Shown here: positions 55,540 through 63,493 of the stretch, piece after piece | Numbering within the stretch: the first letter of the stretch is position 1 | How the letters are laid out: each line of letters begins with the position of its first letter | Virus record (IMG/VR): IMGVR_UViG_3300021387_000272 | Coordinates: 17,374 to 81,373 of that record | Strand: one strand, 5' to 3' | Source of the DNA: a virus | Taxonomy: Duplodnaviria; Caudoviricetes | Length of the DNA stretch: 64,000 bases | The notes under the pieces: model-generated | Databases searched by the model: none | What the model was told of the DNA's origin: nothing | The model's input: the letters and a program-made list of their open reading frames with translations, nothing else | Program-made: the position numbers and the translations under genes

Positions 55540-56571
55540 TTAGTCGTCCTCAAAGGGCATTTTATCCCCATCATCCTGACCTGGGAATGGGTTAGCTTCC
55601 TGAGGAGGGAATGGGTCCTTATCTTCTTCACCAGAAGGAGCTGCAGGTTCTTGTGCTGCATAGTTAGTAGCAGTCAGAGCAACCTCCTCAAGAGGGCCTA
55701 CCATATACTGAGTGCTAGGCTCACGTCCTGCTTCACGGGCACTCTTTTCCTCATCATTGATAGCCTTGATGACACTCTTGTAGCTAGTAGCACCAAGCTT
55801 AATCCACTGCTTAGTGTAGGCTGCCTGATACTGATTGCCATTGCTGTTTGTGCGAATACCTAAGACTACCTTCACCCTATTGTTGGCTTGATAGTTGAGA
55901 ATATTACGAATCTCAGAAACATCACCCTTGAAGTAATCATCCAGATGGTCAAGAGTACACTCAGACTGTGCAAGTTCCTTGGGGTCAGTCTTCATCACAT
56001 ACCTATTGGTGCCATCATCCCACACATCAGGACGAGGAAGTCCCAAATAAGCAATGATAAGAGAAACCAGGTCATCCTCACCAATCAGACATGGATGATA
56101 GTCAGCATCAATAGAAGCAGGACCATTAGCATACTGAGGAATTGCATGGTTCTTAACCTCTTCCTGAGTAGCCCAGCCTGTGCGACCATACTTATCAATT
56201 ACCTTTACCTTGGTAACACCATTCTTATGAGAATAAGAATAGCCCTTAGCCAAGAAGATAGGAATAGTTATAGTAGCAGAAATACCATTATTGGTGCTAA
56301 TAGCAGGGTCAATCTTGTAGATGAAGGACAGACGTACCTGAGGAACTTCAACATCTACTTCCTTAGAGTTCTTGACAGTTGTAGTTCCTAAATACTCAGG
56401 TTCTTTGGTAGACTGAGAGTTAGGAAACAGCTCCTTAAGCTTCTTAGAGTCAGGATTAACTGCCAGAATAGAACCAGCAGCCACACCTTGAAGTCTCTTG
56501 GCAACTACTTCCTCTGTAGCTTCACGGCCTTTAGCTACGGCCATAAAAGACAAAACTTTTGTTGGTTTCAT
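55540..56571 (-). CDS. Single-stranded DNA-binding protein (crAss type)
   Basis: 343 aa; acidic tail ending DDGDKMPFEDD; KVIDKYGRTGW motif; next to the primase. Confidence 0.65.
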   Translation of the reverse strand: MKPTKVLSFMAVAKGREATEEVVAKRLQGVAAGSILAVNPDSKKLKELFPNSQSTKEPEYLGTTTVKNSKEVDVEVPQVRLSFIYKIDPAISTNNGISATITIPIFLAKGYSYSHKNGVTKVKVIDKYGRTGWATQEEVKNHAIPQYANGPASIDADYHPCLIGEDDLVSLIIAYLGLPRPDVWDDGTNRYVMKTDPKELAQSECTLDHLDDYFKGDVSEIRNILNYQANNRVKVVLGIRTNSNGNQYQAAYTKQWIKLGATSYKSVIKAINDEEKSAREAGREPSTQYMVGPLEEVALTATNYAAQEPAAPSGEEDKDPFPPQEANPFPGQDDGDKMPFEDD

Positions 56572-56600
56572 TTTACGTAAAATTATTGGTTAATAAAAAC

Positions 56601-56999
56601 TTATTGCTCAAAGGGGTCATTCACAGGTGCAGGAGCAGCCTCTTCCTGTGTCTCCTGTACCTCCTGAGGAGCCTCCTGAGGCACTGCAGTAAGGTCCTGA
56701 GATACAGCTTCCTGCTCAGCCTTGAACTTCTCAAATTCCTCAGGATGGTCAATGAAGAAGATAGCCTGCTCTGAAGTGAGGGTAAAGCCGCAAGTGCTCT
56801 TTGTAATCCTGCCAGTGTGTTGGTCATTGTCAAGGATTTCTGCTCTCATAACCTCTAACTCTCTCTGAAGCTCATCTAATTTCTCCTCAAGCTTCTTGCG
56901 CTTGGCAATGTAAGGCTTCACATTAAGATAGTTACGCTTCACGGCTGCTGTCTGGAATACATCCATTCCAAGGACATTGATTTTCTTTTCTTTTGCCAT
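56601..56999 (-). CDS. Coiled-coil hypothetical protein
   Basis: 132 aa; heptad-rich, with an acidic Pro/Glu tail. Confidence 0.6.
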   Translation of the reverse strand: MAKEKKINVLGMDVFQTAAVKRNYLNVKPYIAKRKKLEEKLDELQRELEVMRAEILDNDQHTGRITKSTCGFTLTSEQAIFFIDHPEEFEKFKAEQEAVSQDLTAVPQEAPQEVQETQEEAAPAPVNDPFEQ

Positions 57000-57029
57000 A
57001 ATTGTTTTAAACGTTTAAATAATTAATTA

Positions 57030-57227
57030 CTATACTATGGAATCCATAGCATCTTTCTTTCTTTTTAGTTCTACTACTTTATAAAAACGGTGTTTTGAAA
57101 TACATAATGGGTCAGTAGTATTCTTTTCTTCTGCCTCAGTCCAAGCTTTTTCTATAGACCTATACTTAGTACGGCTAGTTTCCTCCCCATCATTATATTC
57201 AATCACCACAGCTTTGAATTTTTTCAT
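57030..57227 (-). CDS. Hypothetical protein
   Basis: 65-aa ORF, ATGA overlap. Confidence 0.5.
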   Translation of the reverse strand: MKKFKAVVIEYNDGEETSRTKYRSIEKAWTEAEEKNTTDPLCISKHRFYKVVELKRKKDAMDSIV

Positions 57228-58105
57228 TCTTTGCCTGATTCTGTTTCCTCCAATAGAGGTGCAGATTGTAGAGTAAGAGCTTCTTTAGTTAGTTTCTCCA
57301 AAGTTTCTGAGTCTGGAAATACTTGGGATAAGTCTACTCTCATGTGCCCAGCTCCATCAGATTTAATAACCTCAAATTTTCTTCCTCTTAGGTGGAGAGG
57401 TCTTGCTTCATTAGTAGCTATTCCACTATTCTCAAAAGACATATAAGTGGAATTGCCCTTACGATAAATAAGACCTATGGCATCTGCCTCACCACAAATA
57501 ATAGTAGATGACTTTCCTGCAAGGTCAAGCTGCATTTCAGAAATTTCTTCTCCTTCTTTCTTAATCTGCTTATCTTTTACATGCCCTACAAGAATGAGAG
57601 TCTCACAATAAGGCCTGAACATATTGACCATTTCCTTAATGGCATCTCTAATATAGCCCCAACCTGCTCCATTGGGAAGCTGTCTTACATCTGCATTAGG
57701 GTCTGGTTTCTTGCTTACCTTACCTGTCTTAGGGTCCTTAGTCTCAATAACCTTCCAGTTCATGCCCATAGGAGTCTGGCGGTATAAATAAGCTGCATAA
57801 GGCAGGCATACTTCCTCCAGCCTTGTGGCATTGTCCATAGTAATGAACTTATAAGGAACTTTACCTAAGCTACTCATTTTGTTTGCAAGAAGCTTTTTCA
57901 CCTGAAATAGGTCTTGGGCAGTCCTTACTTGCACTTTCATTACACTTAAGGCCCTATAGCCATCTTCAAAATCCAGTATCAGATTGTCATCTAAATGAGC
58001 CATAAGAGTAGATTTACCACACTTAGGTACACCATAGAGAACAATAAGACTTGGGTTGTAGCTAGCAATTTTGCTACGCTCTGTCGGTAACTCTGTAATT
58101 GGCAT
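57224..58105 (-). CDS. Sak4-like (AAA_24) ATPase, single-strand annealing recombinase
   Basis: LYGVPKCGKST Walker A; ILDFEDG; ITMDNAT; ILVGHVKD; ADAIG. Confidence 0.75.
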   Translation of the reverse strand: MPITELPTERSKIASYNPSLIVLYGVPKCGKSTLMAHLDDNLILDFEDGYRALSVMKVQVRTAQDLFQVKKLLANKMSSLGKVPYKFITMDNATRLEEVCLPYAAYLYRQTPMGMNWKVIETKDPKTGKVSKKPDPNADVRQLPNGAGWGYIRDAIKEMVNMFRPYCETLILVGHVKDKQIKKEGEEISEMQLDLAGKSSTIICGEADAIGLIYRKGNSTYMSFENSGIATNEARPLHLRGRKFEVIKSDGAGHMRVDLSQVFPDSETLEKLTKEALTLQSAPLLEETESGKE

Positions 58106-58123
58106 CTAAATTCTTGTTTATAG

Positions 58124-59242
58124 TTAATGATTCTTTCTTATACTGTTCAGATATTCATAGTACTTGTTGAGCTTAGCAGTTTCATTATACTCAGGCAACT
58201 GACTAAAGAAACAGGTAGCACCATCAAAGAATAGTGGAGCTATTCCCTTGGATATACCACCACGCTGTACCACCACCTCAAGAAACCTGATATTATCTTG
58301 GAACTTCTCAATACTATATTTAAGATAAGTAGGTTGCTCAAACTTAAAGGGATTGACTATTCCAAGCATAGTATTACAATCTCTTGCAGTATACTTACTA
58401 TCTGACAAACCAGGAGTATTAGGTCTGATTTTATTTGCCTTGAAAGCCTCTAAGTCTGCAGTCTCTGTTGATTGCTGCTGAACTATAACTGGAATATAGC
58501 TAAACTTATTTCTAAGATTGACCATATATTCAGACAGTTTGTTAATAGTCTCCCTAAGTGTCTTACCTCTCTCTTGAGAAAGCAAAGAAACATGGTCTAC
58601 TACTATCATCACATATTCATCAGGGTCATCAGGCTCATAATGGTCAAACCTCTTATGTTTCTTAAGTTCTCCAGTATCTCTGTTGACATACTCTTCTTCC
58701 TTAAATATGCTCTTGCCATGAGAATCAGCATAGTAATTCAGGTCAAACCACACACCCGAAGGATTAGTGGATTCCATAAACTCTATACTGTCCTCAAAGA
58801 ACTTGAATCTCTTGGCATATTCCTCAGTCTTCAGTAAGTCAAGAATGCTTTCAGGAAGAACCTTTTTCTCATTAGTAGATTCAAGGTCTGAAGGAGATAT
58901 CCTAATAGTCTTATTACTAAGTACATACAAGAGGTATGACATATACCTAAGAACTATGCTCTGAACATCCTCCTCAAGAGGATAATAGAATATTTTCAGT
59001 CTTACTTTGTCTGGATTGTTATATGCATAATCCAAGGCAGTGTATAAGAACAAAAAGGAGAACATCTGAGTCTTACCACTCTTTTCATGAGCAGTTATCA
59101 GATAATACTTCTTTTGTTCTATACCTACAAAGTCACTACGAAATCTGCTAAATGGAGAGGGTATACAGTTTACTCCTCCATTCAGCACTTTCTCTCTCCT
59201 AGCTTTCAGATGCTCCAGAGTTCTGTCAATCAGATTCTCCAT
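58124..59242 (-). CDS. DnaB-like (SF4) replicative helicase
   Basis: TAHEKSGKT, YPLEE, IVVDHVSLL, VQQQ, LSDSK, VVVQRGG. Confidence 0.8.
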   Translation of the reverse strand: MENLIDRTLEHLKARREKVLNGGVNCIPSPFSRFRSDFVGIEQKKYYLITAHEKSGKTQMFSFLFLYTALDYAYNNPDKVRLKIFYYPLEEDVQSIVLRYMSYLLYVLSNKTIRISPSDLESTNEKKVLPESILDLLKTEEYAKRFKFFEDSIEFMESTNPSGVWFDLNYYADSHGKSIFKEEEYVNRDTGELKKHKRFDHYEPDDPDEYVMIVVDHVSLLSQERGKTLRETINKLSEYMVNLRNKFSYIPVIVQQQSTETADLEAFKANKIRPNTPGLSDSKYTARDCNTMLGIVNPFKFEQPTYLKYSIEKFQDNIRFLEVVVQRGGISKGIAPLFFDGATCFFSQLPEYNETAKLNKYYEYLNSIRKNH

Positions 59243-59435
59243 ATCCTAAGAAACTTTCTAGTTCACTATGTTTGACATCTTGTATTTCAAGGCAATACCT
59301 AGGCTCATCACTTGAGAATCCTATAGGACGCTCTACCTGATAGACTATGGCTTCTATGCCCTTGTATGTAACCTTTGCTCCTCTTTTTATGACTTGTTTA
59401 TGCGATATCATAGACCTTATGTATGCAACATCCAA
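59226..59435 (-). CDS. Hypothetical protein
   Basis: 69-aa ORF between replication genes. Confidence 0.45.
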   Translation of the reverse strand: MDVAYIRSMISHKQVIKRGAKVTYKGIEAIVYQVERPIGFSSDEPRYCLEIQDVKHSELESFLGYGESD

Positions 59436-60007
59436 TCAGAAGAACGTACTTCCTCACCCTTGTTCTCCATCCAAGTAATCAAGTCTGAGGTATAAATAAT
59501 TTCTCCATTCTCCCTCTTGTCCTTATAGATGAAATACTTAAGAAGCCTCATATCCTCCTTATCTTTCATCTCATCTACATACCTCTGAGTGGCATCTATA
59601 ATATCCTCTGAAGGATACCTTCCATATTTGACAAAGAAGTTCTGGAGCCTTTTCTTAATAAGAGGAATTCCCTCTGCCCAATGCCACCTGTCTTCCTTCT
59701 TTCCTGTTGGATAAATTTCCTTTAGCTTTCTAGCTAAGGCATCCAATTCTGAGTCAGGAATCTTAGCCTGGGGAGAAGACTTAACAACTATTTCATTGTA
59801 CTTCTTCTTGCCAGCAGGCATAGGAGCTACTCCTAATGGAGGATACTGGTCAGCAGGACAGTGGTCAGTCATAAACTCTTTTCTAATAAGGAGCCTCTTT
59901 GCTGCCTCTAAGTCTACCTTATTAATAGAACAGAGCATAAGGAGGAATTCACCTAAGGTCCATCCCTCCTTTTCAATGATTTCACGATTTATTGTTATTA
60001 CTGCCAT
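59417..60007 (-). CDS. Putative replication initiator / helicase loader-like protein
   Basis: 196 aa upstream of DnaB; IYP.GKK, II.AT..YV, LKYFI.K pattern; the function is inferred from position. Confidence 0.4.
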   Translation of the reverse strand: MAVITINREIIEKEGWTLGEFLLMLCSINKVDLEAAKRLLIRKEFMTDHCPADQYPPLGVAPMPAGKKKYNEIVVKSSPQAKIPDSELDALARKLKEIYPTGKKEDRWHWAEGIPLIKKRLQNFFVKYGRYPSEDIIDATQRYVDEMKDKEDMRLLKYFIYKDKRENGEIIYTSDLITWMENKGEEVRSSDWMLHT

Positions 60008-60008
60008 A

Positions 60009-61193
60009 TTATAACTTAATATCTTTGGGAGAAGTAACTACTTGAATCAATTCAGGATTATAGTCCTGTTTCATCTTTCCAATAATCTCTTCTTCCCTGG
60101 TTGCTACAAAGTAAGGAATGACTATTACAGGCTCTTTGTGCCTCAGCAGCCTTCCTAGTTTCTGTTTCTGTAATATTTCCGAAGAATTCAGAGCTGCGAA
60201 CATGCCTAACTTACAATTAACTAAGTTCACTCCCTCATTAAGCATCTGACAAGCTGCTATCTGATTAATCTTACCTTCGTTAAACTTAGCTAAGATATCC
60301 ATTGAGGTGCCTGAGTCCTTACTGTTAATTGCATTTGGGCATAATTGCTCAGTCTGCTCCACATCACTACAGAAGATGAGAGTTCTCATGTCCTTAAAGG
60401 TGTTAGCCATAAGCCAATTTATATACCTATTCTTATGCCTAGCAAGCCACTTAAGTCTCTCTCCTGCCTTTTGTAGCCACAAGTCCTTCAGAAAACCCCT
60501 CTTTGACCTGAAATATTGTCTTTTAAGAGTATTTATCTTAGCAGTAACGTAGTTATAATACTGCCACTCAGTGCAATTAATCCTTATTTCAGGATACTTT
60601 GCCTCTATATAACTCTTTCTATTGTCCCAATCCACTGTAATAGGCTTACCTCTTCCCTTATTAAGGACAATACACTCAGTATTATTCTTAGTATTAAGGA
60701 ACAGCTTTATAAGCACTACTTTAGGGTCTGGTAGAATATTATCATCAATTGCTTTTCTAGCACTGATTCTATATTCAACAATATTAGGTACAATATCCCT
60801 TATTCTTTGCTTCACTGCTTTGGGTACAGTAGCACTCAGAGCAACAAAATGGTCAAATTTAATGGTTTCAAAGAATTCCTGGCAACGTTCAGTGATATGA
60901 TGTCCTTCGTCACATATTACAGCATCCCACTTGGTTTCAGCAAACTTGTGTATAGAAGCGTAGCATTGAATTTCAATGGTTTTACCCTTTGTATCAAACT
61001 TCCACTTCTTCATTTCTTCCTTCCAAGACAACATAATAGAATGCAGGGGCACCAGTATAAATATTTTCTTGGCATCCCATTTCTTAAGAAGTTCAAGAGC
61101 TATTCTAGTTTTGCCTATACCAGTGCCTATCTGCAATAGCAGAGGTTTATCTGCCATGCTTAGGATAGCCTGTAAATGCTCATCTCTAGTCAT
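60009..61193 (-). CDS. SF2 (DExH, ResIII/UvsW-like) helicase
   Basis: GTGIGKT, DEGHH, LSAT, LNEGVNL, QKLGRLLR. Confidence 0.85.
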   Translation of the reverse strand: MTRDEHLQAILSMADKPLLLQIGTGIGKTRIALELLKKWDAKKIFILVPLHSIMLSWKEEMKKWKFDTKGKTIEIQCYASIHKFAETKWDAVICDEGHHITERCQEFFETIKFDHFVALSATVPKAVKQRIRDIVPNIVEYRISARKAIDDNILPDPKVVLIKLFLNTKNNTECIVLNKGRGKPITVDWDNRKSYIEAKYPEIRINCTEWQYYNYVTAKINTLKRQYFRSKRGFLKDLWLQKAGERLKWLARHKNRYINWLMANTFKDMRTLIFCSDVEQTEQLCPNAINSKDSGTSMDILAKFNEGKINQIAACQMLNEGVNLVNCKLGMFAALNSSEILQKQKLGRLLRHKEPVIVIPYFVATREEEIIGKMKQDYNPELIQVVTSPKDIKL

Positions 61194-61236
61194 ATTCCTG
61201 TAAAATTTACTGTAAAATTAATCCCAGACAACCCTA

Positions 61237-61268
61237 CAAAGTTATACAAAACTATTAAGAATACCAAA
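61237..61268 (-). promoter_or_regulatory. Bacteroidota primary-sigma promoter for the replication operon
   Basis: TTTG (61268-61265), 20-nt spacer, TAACTTTG (61244-61237): full match to TTTG-N19-21-TANNTTTG, 44 nt before the helicase ATG. Confidence 0.75.
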
Positions 61269-61428
61269 TTTCTGGGGGTAGTAAATTATCGGAATCCCTC
61301 ATAATTTAGAATCTTTAAGGTTTTGCATTTTTTCTTCCTCAGCTTCGTCTTTTTCGGCAAGTGCCTGGTAGTATTTATCCCATTCTTGGCCAGTCCAAGT
61401 TTCTCTAGGGTCATGAGTAGTGTCCATA

Positions 61429-61791
61429 TTATCCAAAGGTTAGAGTCTGTGTATATTCTGCCTTAATCTTGTAGCCTAAAGACTGCAAATACTCAAACAA
61501 TTCCCTCGGATGATATGCAGACAACGGATTATCAGAACGCATAGTACTTAAGAGAGCCTTCTTTTCACTAGCCGTGAGTTTTCTATAAGATTTAGGTTTT
61601 GTAGAATCACCCTCATCTCTCTTTCTCTCTCTGGCCTTCTTCATAGACTCTCTACTTAATTGCTTTGCGCACTCAATACAATGTGGCCTGTAGCCATCCT
61701 TTGTGTAAGCACTCTTGTAAAACTCTTCCAATGGCTTTTCTTGGCCACAGCGAGTGCATACCTTAGTTCCCTTTTCTAAGTCTGCTTGCAT
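61429..61791 (-). CDS. Zinc-finger protein without a recognisable nuclease domain
   Basis: KVCTRCGQEKPLEEFY...DGYRPHCIEC; the likely start is MQADLE at 61791 because the longer start lies inside a hairpin. Confidence 0.7.
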   Translation of the reverse strand: MQADLEKGTKVCTRCGQEKPLEEFYKSAYTKDGYRPHCIECAKQLSRESMKKARERKRDEGDSTKPKSYRKLTASEKKALLSTMRSDNPLSAYHPRELFEYLQSLGYKIKAEYTQTLTFG

Positions 61792-61810
61792 AATTTTAAT
61801 GATTAGTGGA

Positions 61811-61854
61811 TATAAAAATAAAACCAAGGCAGAGTGTCTATTCCCTGCCTTGGT
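61811..61854 (-). terminator. Intrinsic terminator (- strand)
   Basis: Perfect 10-bp stem ACCAAGGCAG/CTGCCTTGGT followed by TTTATTTTTAT on the - strand. Confidence 0.75.
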
Positions 61855-61928
61855 AAAAACAACAGTTAACTGGTTATTAGCCAGTATACCGTTCTACTAC
61901 TATATAATATAGTAATCAGAGTCTTTGA

Positions 61929-62204
61929 CTAACTATCAAATAGCCTTATTACATCCTCAAAGGAATATTCTCCCCCAGGAGGTATTTGATAATCGCCTTT
62001 TACCTCCAATAGAGAGGAATGAATAGGACTCAGACTGGGATTCTTCGAAGCACATGGTTGTTTAATAACTGAATTCTGGTCCATTCCTTTATTCTCTACT
62101 GGAGGTAGCGAGCGAGCAGTAAAATCTTTCAGTATGTCAAAAATATCAGTATCCCATGAGATATGGTTATCCTTAACAAACTGAACAATGTGAGCATACT
62201 TCAT
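61929..62204 (-). CDS. Hypothetical protein containing an inverted motif pair
   Basis: 91 aa; the middle segment LPPVEN...SLLEVK is bounded by two inverted motif copies. Confidence 0.5.
   Translation of the reverse strand: MKYAHIVQFVKDNHISWDTDIFDILKDFTARSLPPVENKGMDQNSVIKQPCASKNPSLSPIHSSLLEVKGDYQIPPGGEYSFEDVIRLFDS
62000..62108. repeat. Inverted repeat pair of the CCTCCA(A/G)TAGAG motif
   Basis: TTACCTCCAATAGAGAGGAAT (62000) ... ATTCTCTACTGGAGGTAG (62091-62108). Confidence 0.8.
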
Positions 62205-62205
62205 A

Positions 62206-62799
62206 TTACTTCAAATGTAGTCCTAAATCCTCTAAGAACTTACAAATTTCAGTGAAAGTAGTCTTACCACAACTTGATACTCTCAGTAAGGCTGCTTTGG
62301 TATAGTTATCTGCCAAAGCTTTTGCTGTGAGGCCAAAGAAGTATAAGCCATTTTCTTCACAGAACTTTGTAAGCACCTGTTTAGCACGTATGGATAAGTC
62401 TGAATTACATAAGAGCAAATTCTGCTTGTTCTTATTTAATTCAGCTCTCCTTGAGAGTAACATATTCAGCTGCTTAGTGTGATAGGAAATCTCTCCGTCA
62501 ATCTCCTTTCCTTCCCAAGATTCTAGTAGGGCAGGGTTTATTGGAGTATCTTCCTCTGGCAACATAATTTCCCACGTATTATGGTGTATTATCACCCTTG
62601 GCCCTCCTTCAATTGGGATAATAGCTGTGCTAACATTCCCGTCAAGGTCTCTATAGAGGGTAGAAATGGGATATTCTGCCGTGTGAATATACTCAGTAAG
62701 AGCTTCCCTAAACTTTGTAAAGGAAGCTACCACATTCATGTATAGCTCCCTATTCAGATTTTCCTTGTTCATTTTCCAATTCTTTATAATGGTTATCAT
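62206..62799 (-). CDS. Protein with a C-terminal RNA polymerase alpha-CTD-like domain
   Basis: SDLSIRAKQVL...TKAALLRVSSCGKTTFTEICKFLEDLGLHL parallels the alpha-CTD pattern LSVR..N.L...DLL...N.G.KS..EI...L...GL.L; likely start at 62772. Confidence 0.65.
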   Translation of the reverse strand: MITIIKNWKMNKENLNRELYMNVVASFTKFREALTEYIHTAEYPISTLYRDLDGNVSTAIIPIEGGPRVIIHHNTWEIMLPEEDTPINPALLESWEGKEIDGEISYHTKQLNMLLSRRAELNKNKQNLLLCNSDLSIRAKQVLTKFCEENGLYFFGLTAKALADNYTKAALLRVSSCGKTTFTEICKFLEDLGLHLK

Positions 62800-63019
62800 C
62801 TATAAGTACATCAACTATCTTAATAAACGTATCTAAGTCACTGATAACAAGACCATCCTTATAGCGAATATCTCTATAGTGACTAATGATACGTTTTATG
62901 TACTCTTTCTTGGTGAATGGATTGAGAACTTTTTTCAGCTCTTCCTTACTCATTCTCCTAAGTTGGAGAACTGCACAAGGAGTCCAGAGGTCTTTCTCAA
63001 CGCTAGCCATAATAGTCAC
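62750..63019 (-). CDS. Hypothetical protein
   Basis: 89-aa ORF, operon packing. Confidence 0.55.
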   Translation of the reverse strand: MTIMASVEKDLWTPCAVLQLRRMSKEELKKVLNPFTKKEYIKRIISHYRDIRYKDGLVISDLDTFIKIVDVLIDDNHYKELENEQGKSE

Positions 63020-63255
63020 TTTTTTATAACCATATCACTTGGATAACGAGAAGCACGTTCTTCAGAAACCTCAACAAGGAAATCCCAACACTTTACATAG
63101 TACCTGGGAGTGTGAACTTTAACAGCAGCAAAGAATGATGCAGCAGAAGTGTGATTCTCCTCTAACATTTTCTTGTGGCTGTGCATAACATAGGCACCTC
63201 TTGAAGATGCCACACATTTACGGTCAAACCGTTCTCTTAAATGTTTAATTTCCAT
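63016..63255 (-). CDS. Hypothetical protein
   Basis: 79-aa ORF with AAAACAACAGTTATTATG initiation region. Confidence 0.55.
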   Translation of the reverse strand: MEIKHLRERFDRKCVASSRGAYVMHSHKKMLEENHTSAASFFAAVKVHTPRYYVKCWDFLVEVSEERASRYPSDMVIKK

Positions 63256-63286
63256 AATAACTGTTGTTTTAAAGATTAATAAATAG

Positions 63287-63357
63287 TTGGAGTAGCAGGA
63301 GTCGAACCCACAACTACAGAACCAAAATCTGTCGTATTACCGCTATACTATACTCCA
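63287..63357 (-). tRNA. tRNA-Gln(UUG)
   Basis: Acceptor TGGAGTA/TACTCCA; D-arm GTAT/ATAC; anticodon arm ACAGA-TT-TTG-GT-TCTGT; T-loop TTCGACT; CCA not encoded. Confidence 0.92.
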
Positions 63358-63365
63358 ATACCAAA

Positions 63366-63394
63366 TACTGCCCATCCATCTCAGACAGGCAGTA
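63366..63394 (-). other. Hairpin in the tRNA spacer
   Basis: TACTGCCTGTC-TGAGATG-GATGGGCAGTA (11 bp with G-U) 8 nt upstream of tRNA-Gln. Confidence 0.55.
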
Positions 63395-63455
63395 CCCATT
63401 ACCAATAACTAAAAAGACTACATAGACACATTTATATTCAAGGGAATTGGTCTAG

Positions 63456-63493
63456 TGTTCCCAACGAGAATCGAACTCATATCTACTCTTTAG
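63456..63493 (-). tRNA. 3' exon of an intron-split tRNA (most likely Arg-UCU)
   Basis: CT-AA-AGAGT-AGAT-ATGAG-TTCGATT-CTCGT-TGGGAAC-A then CTA; the 5' half is absent and replaced by intron sequence. Confidence 0.7.

Noticed and set aside
12665-62105. The dispersed motif as a Shine-Dalgarno sequence (its complement contains GGAGG)
   Set aside because: Copies occur in both orientations and are not positioned before start codons, and Bacteroidota genes generally lack SD sites.
118-63255. Stop-codon reassignment (TAG to Gln), known in some Crassvirales; readthrough at 35564 and 54239 would end neatly before the next gene
   Set aside because: No long gene is interrupted under code 11, including 34 kb of structural genes. 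TAG readthrough at 41771 would bury a lipoprotein signal peptide, at 41043 would fuse two genes, and at 62750 would create a long overlap. The TAG at 54239 is followed by a terminator.
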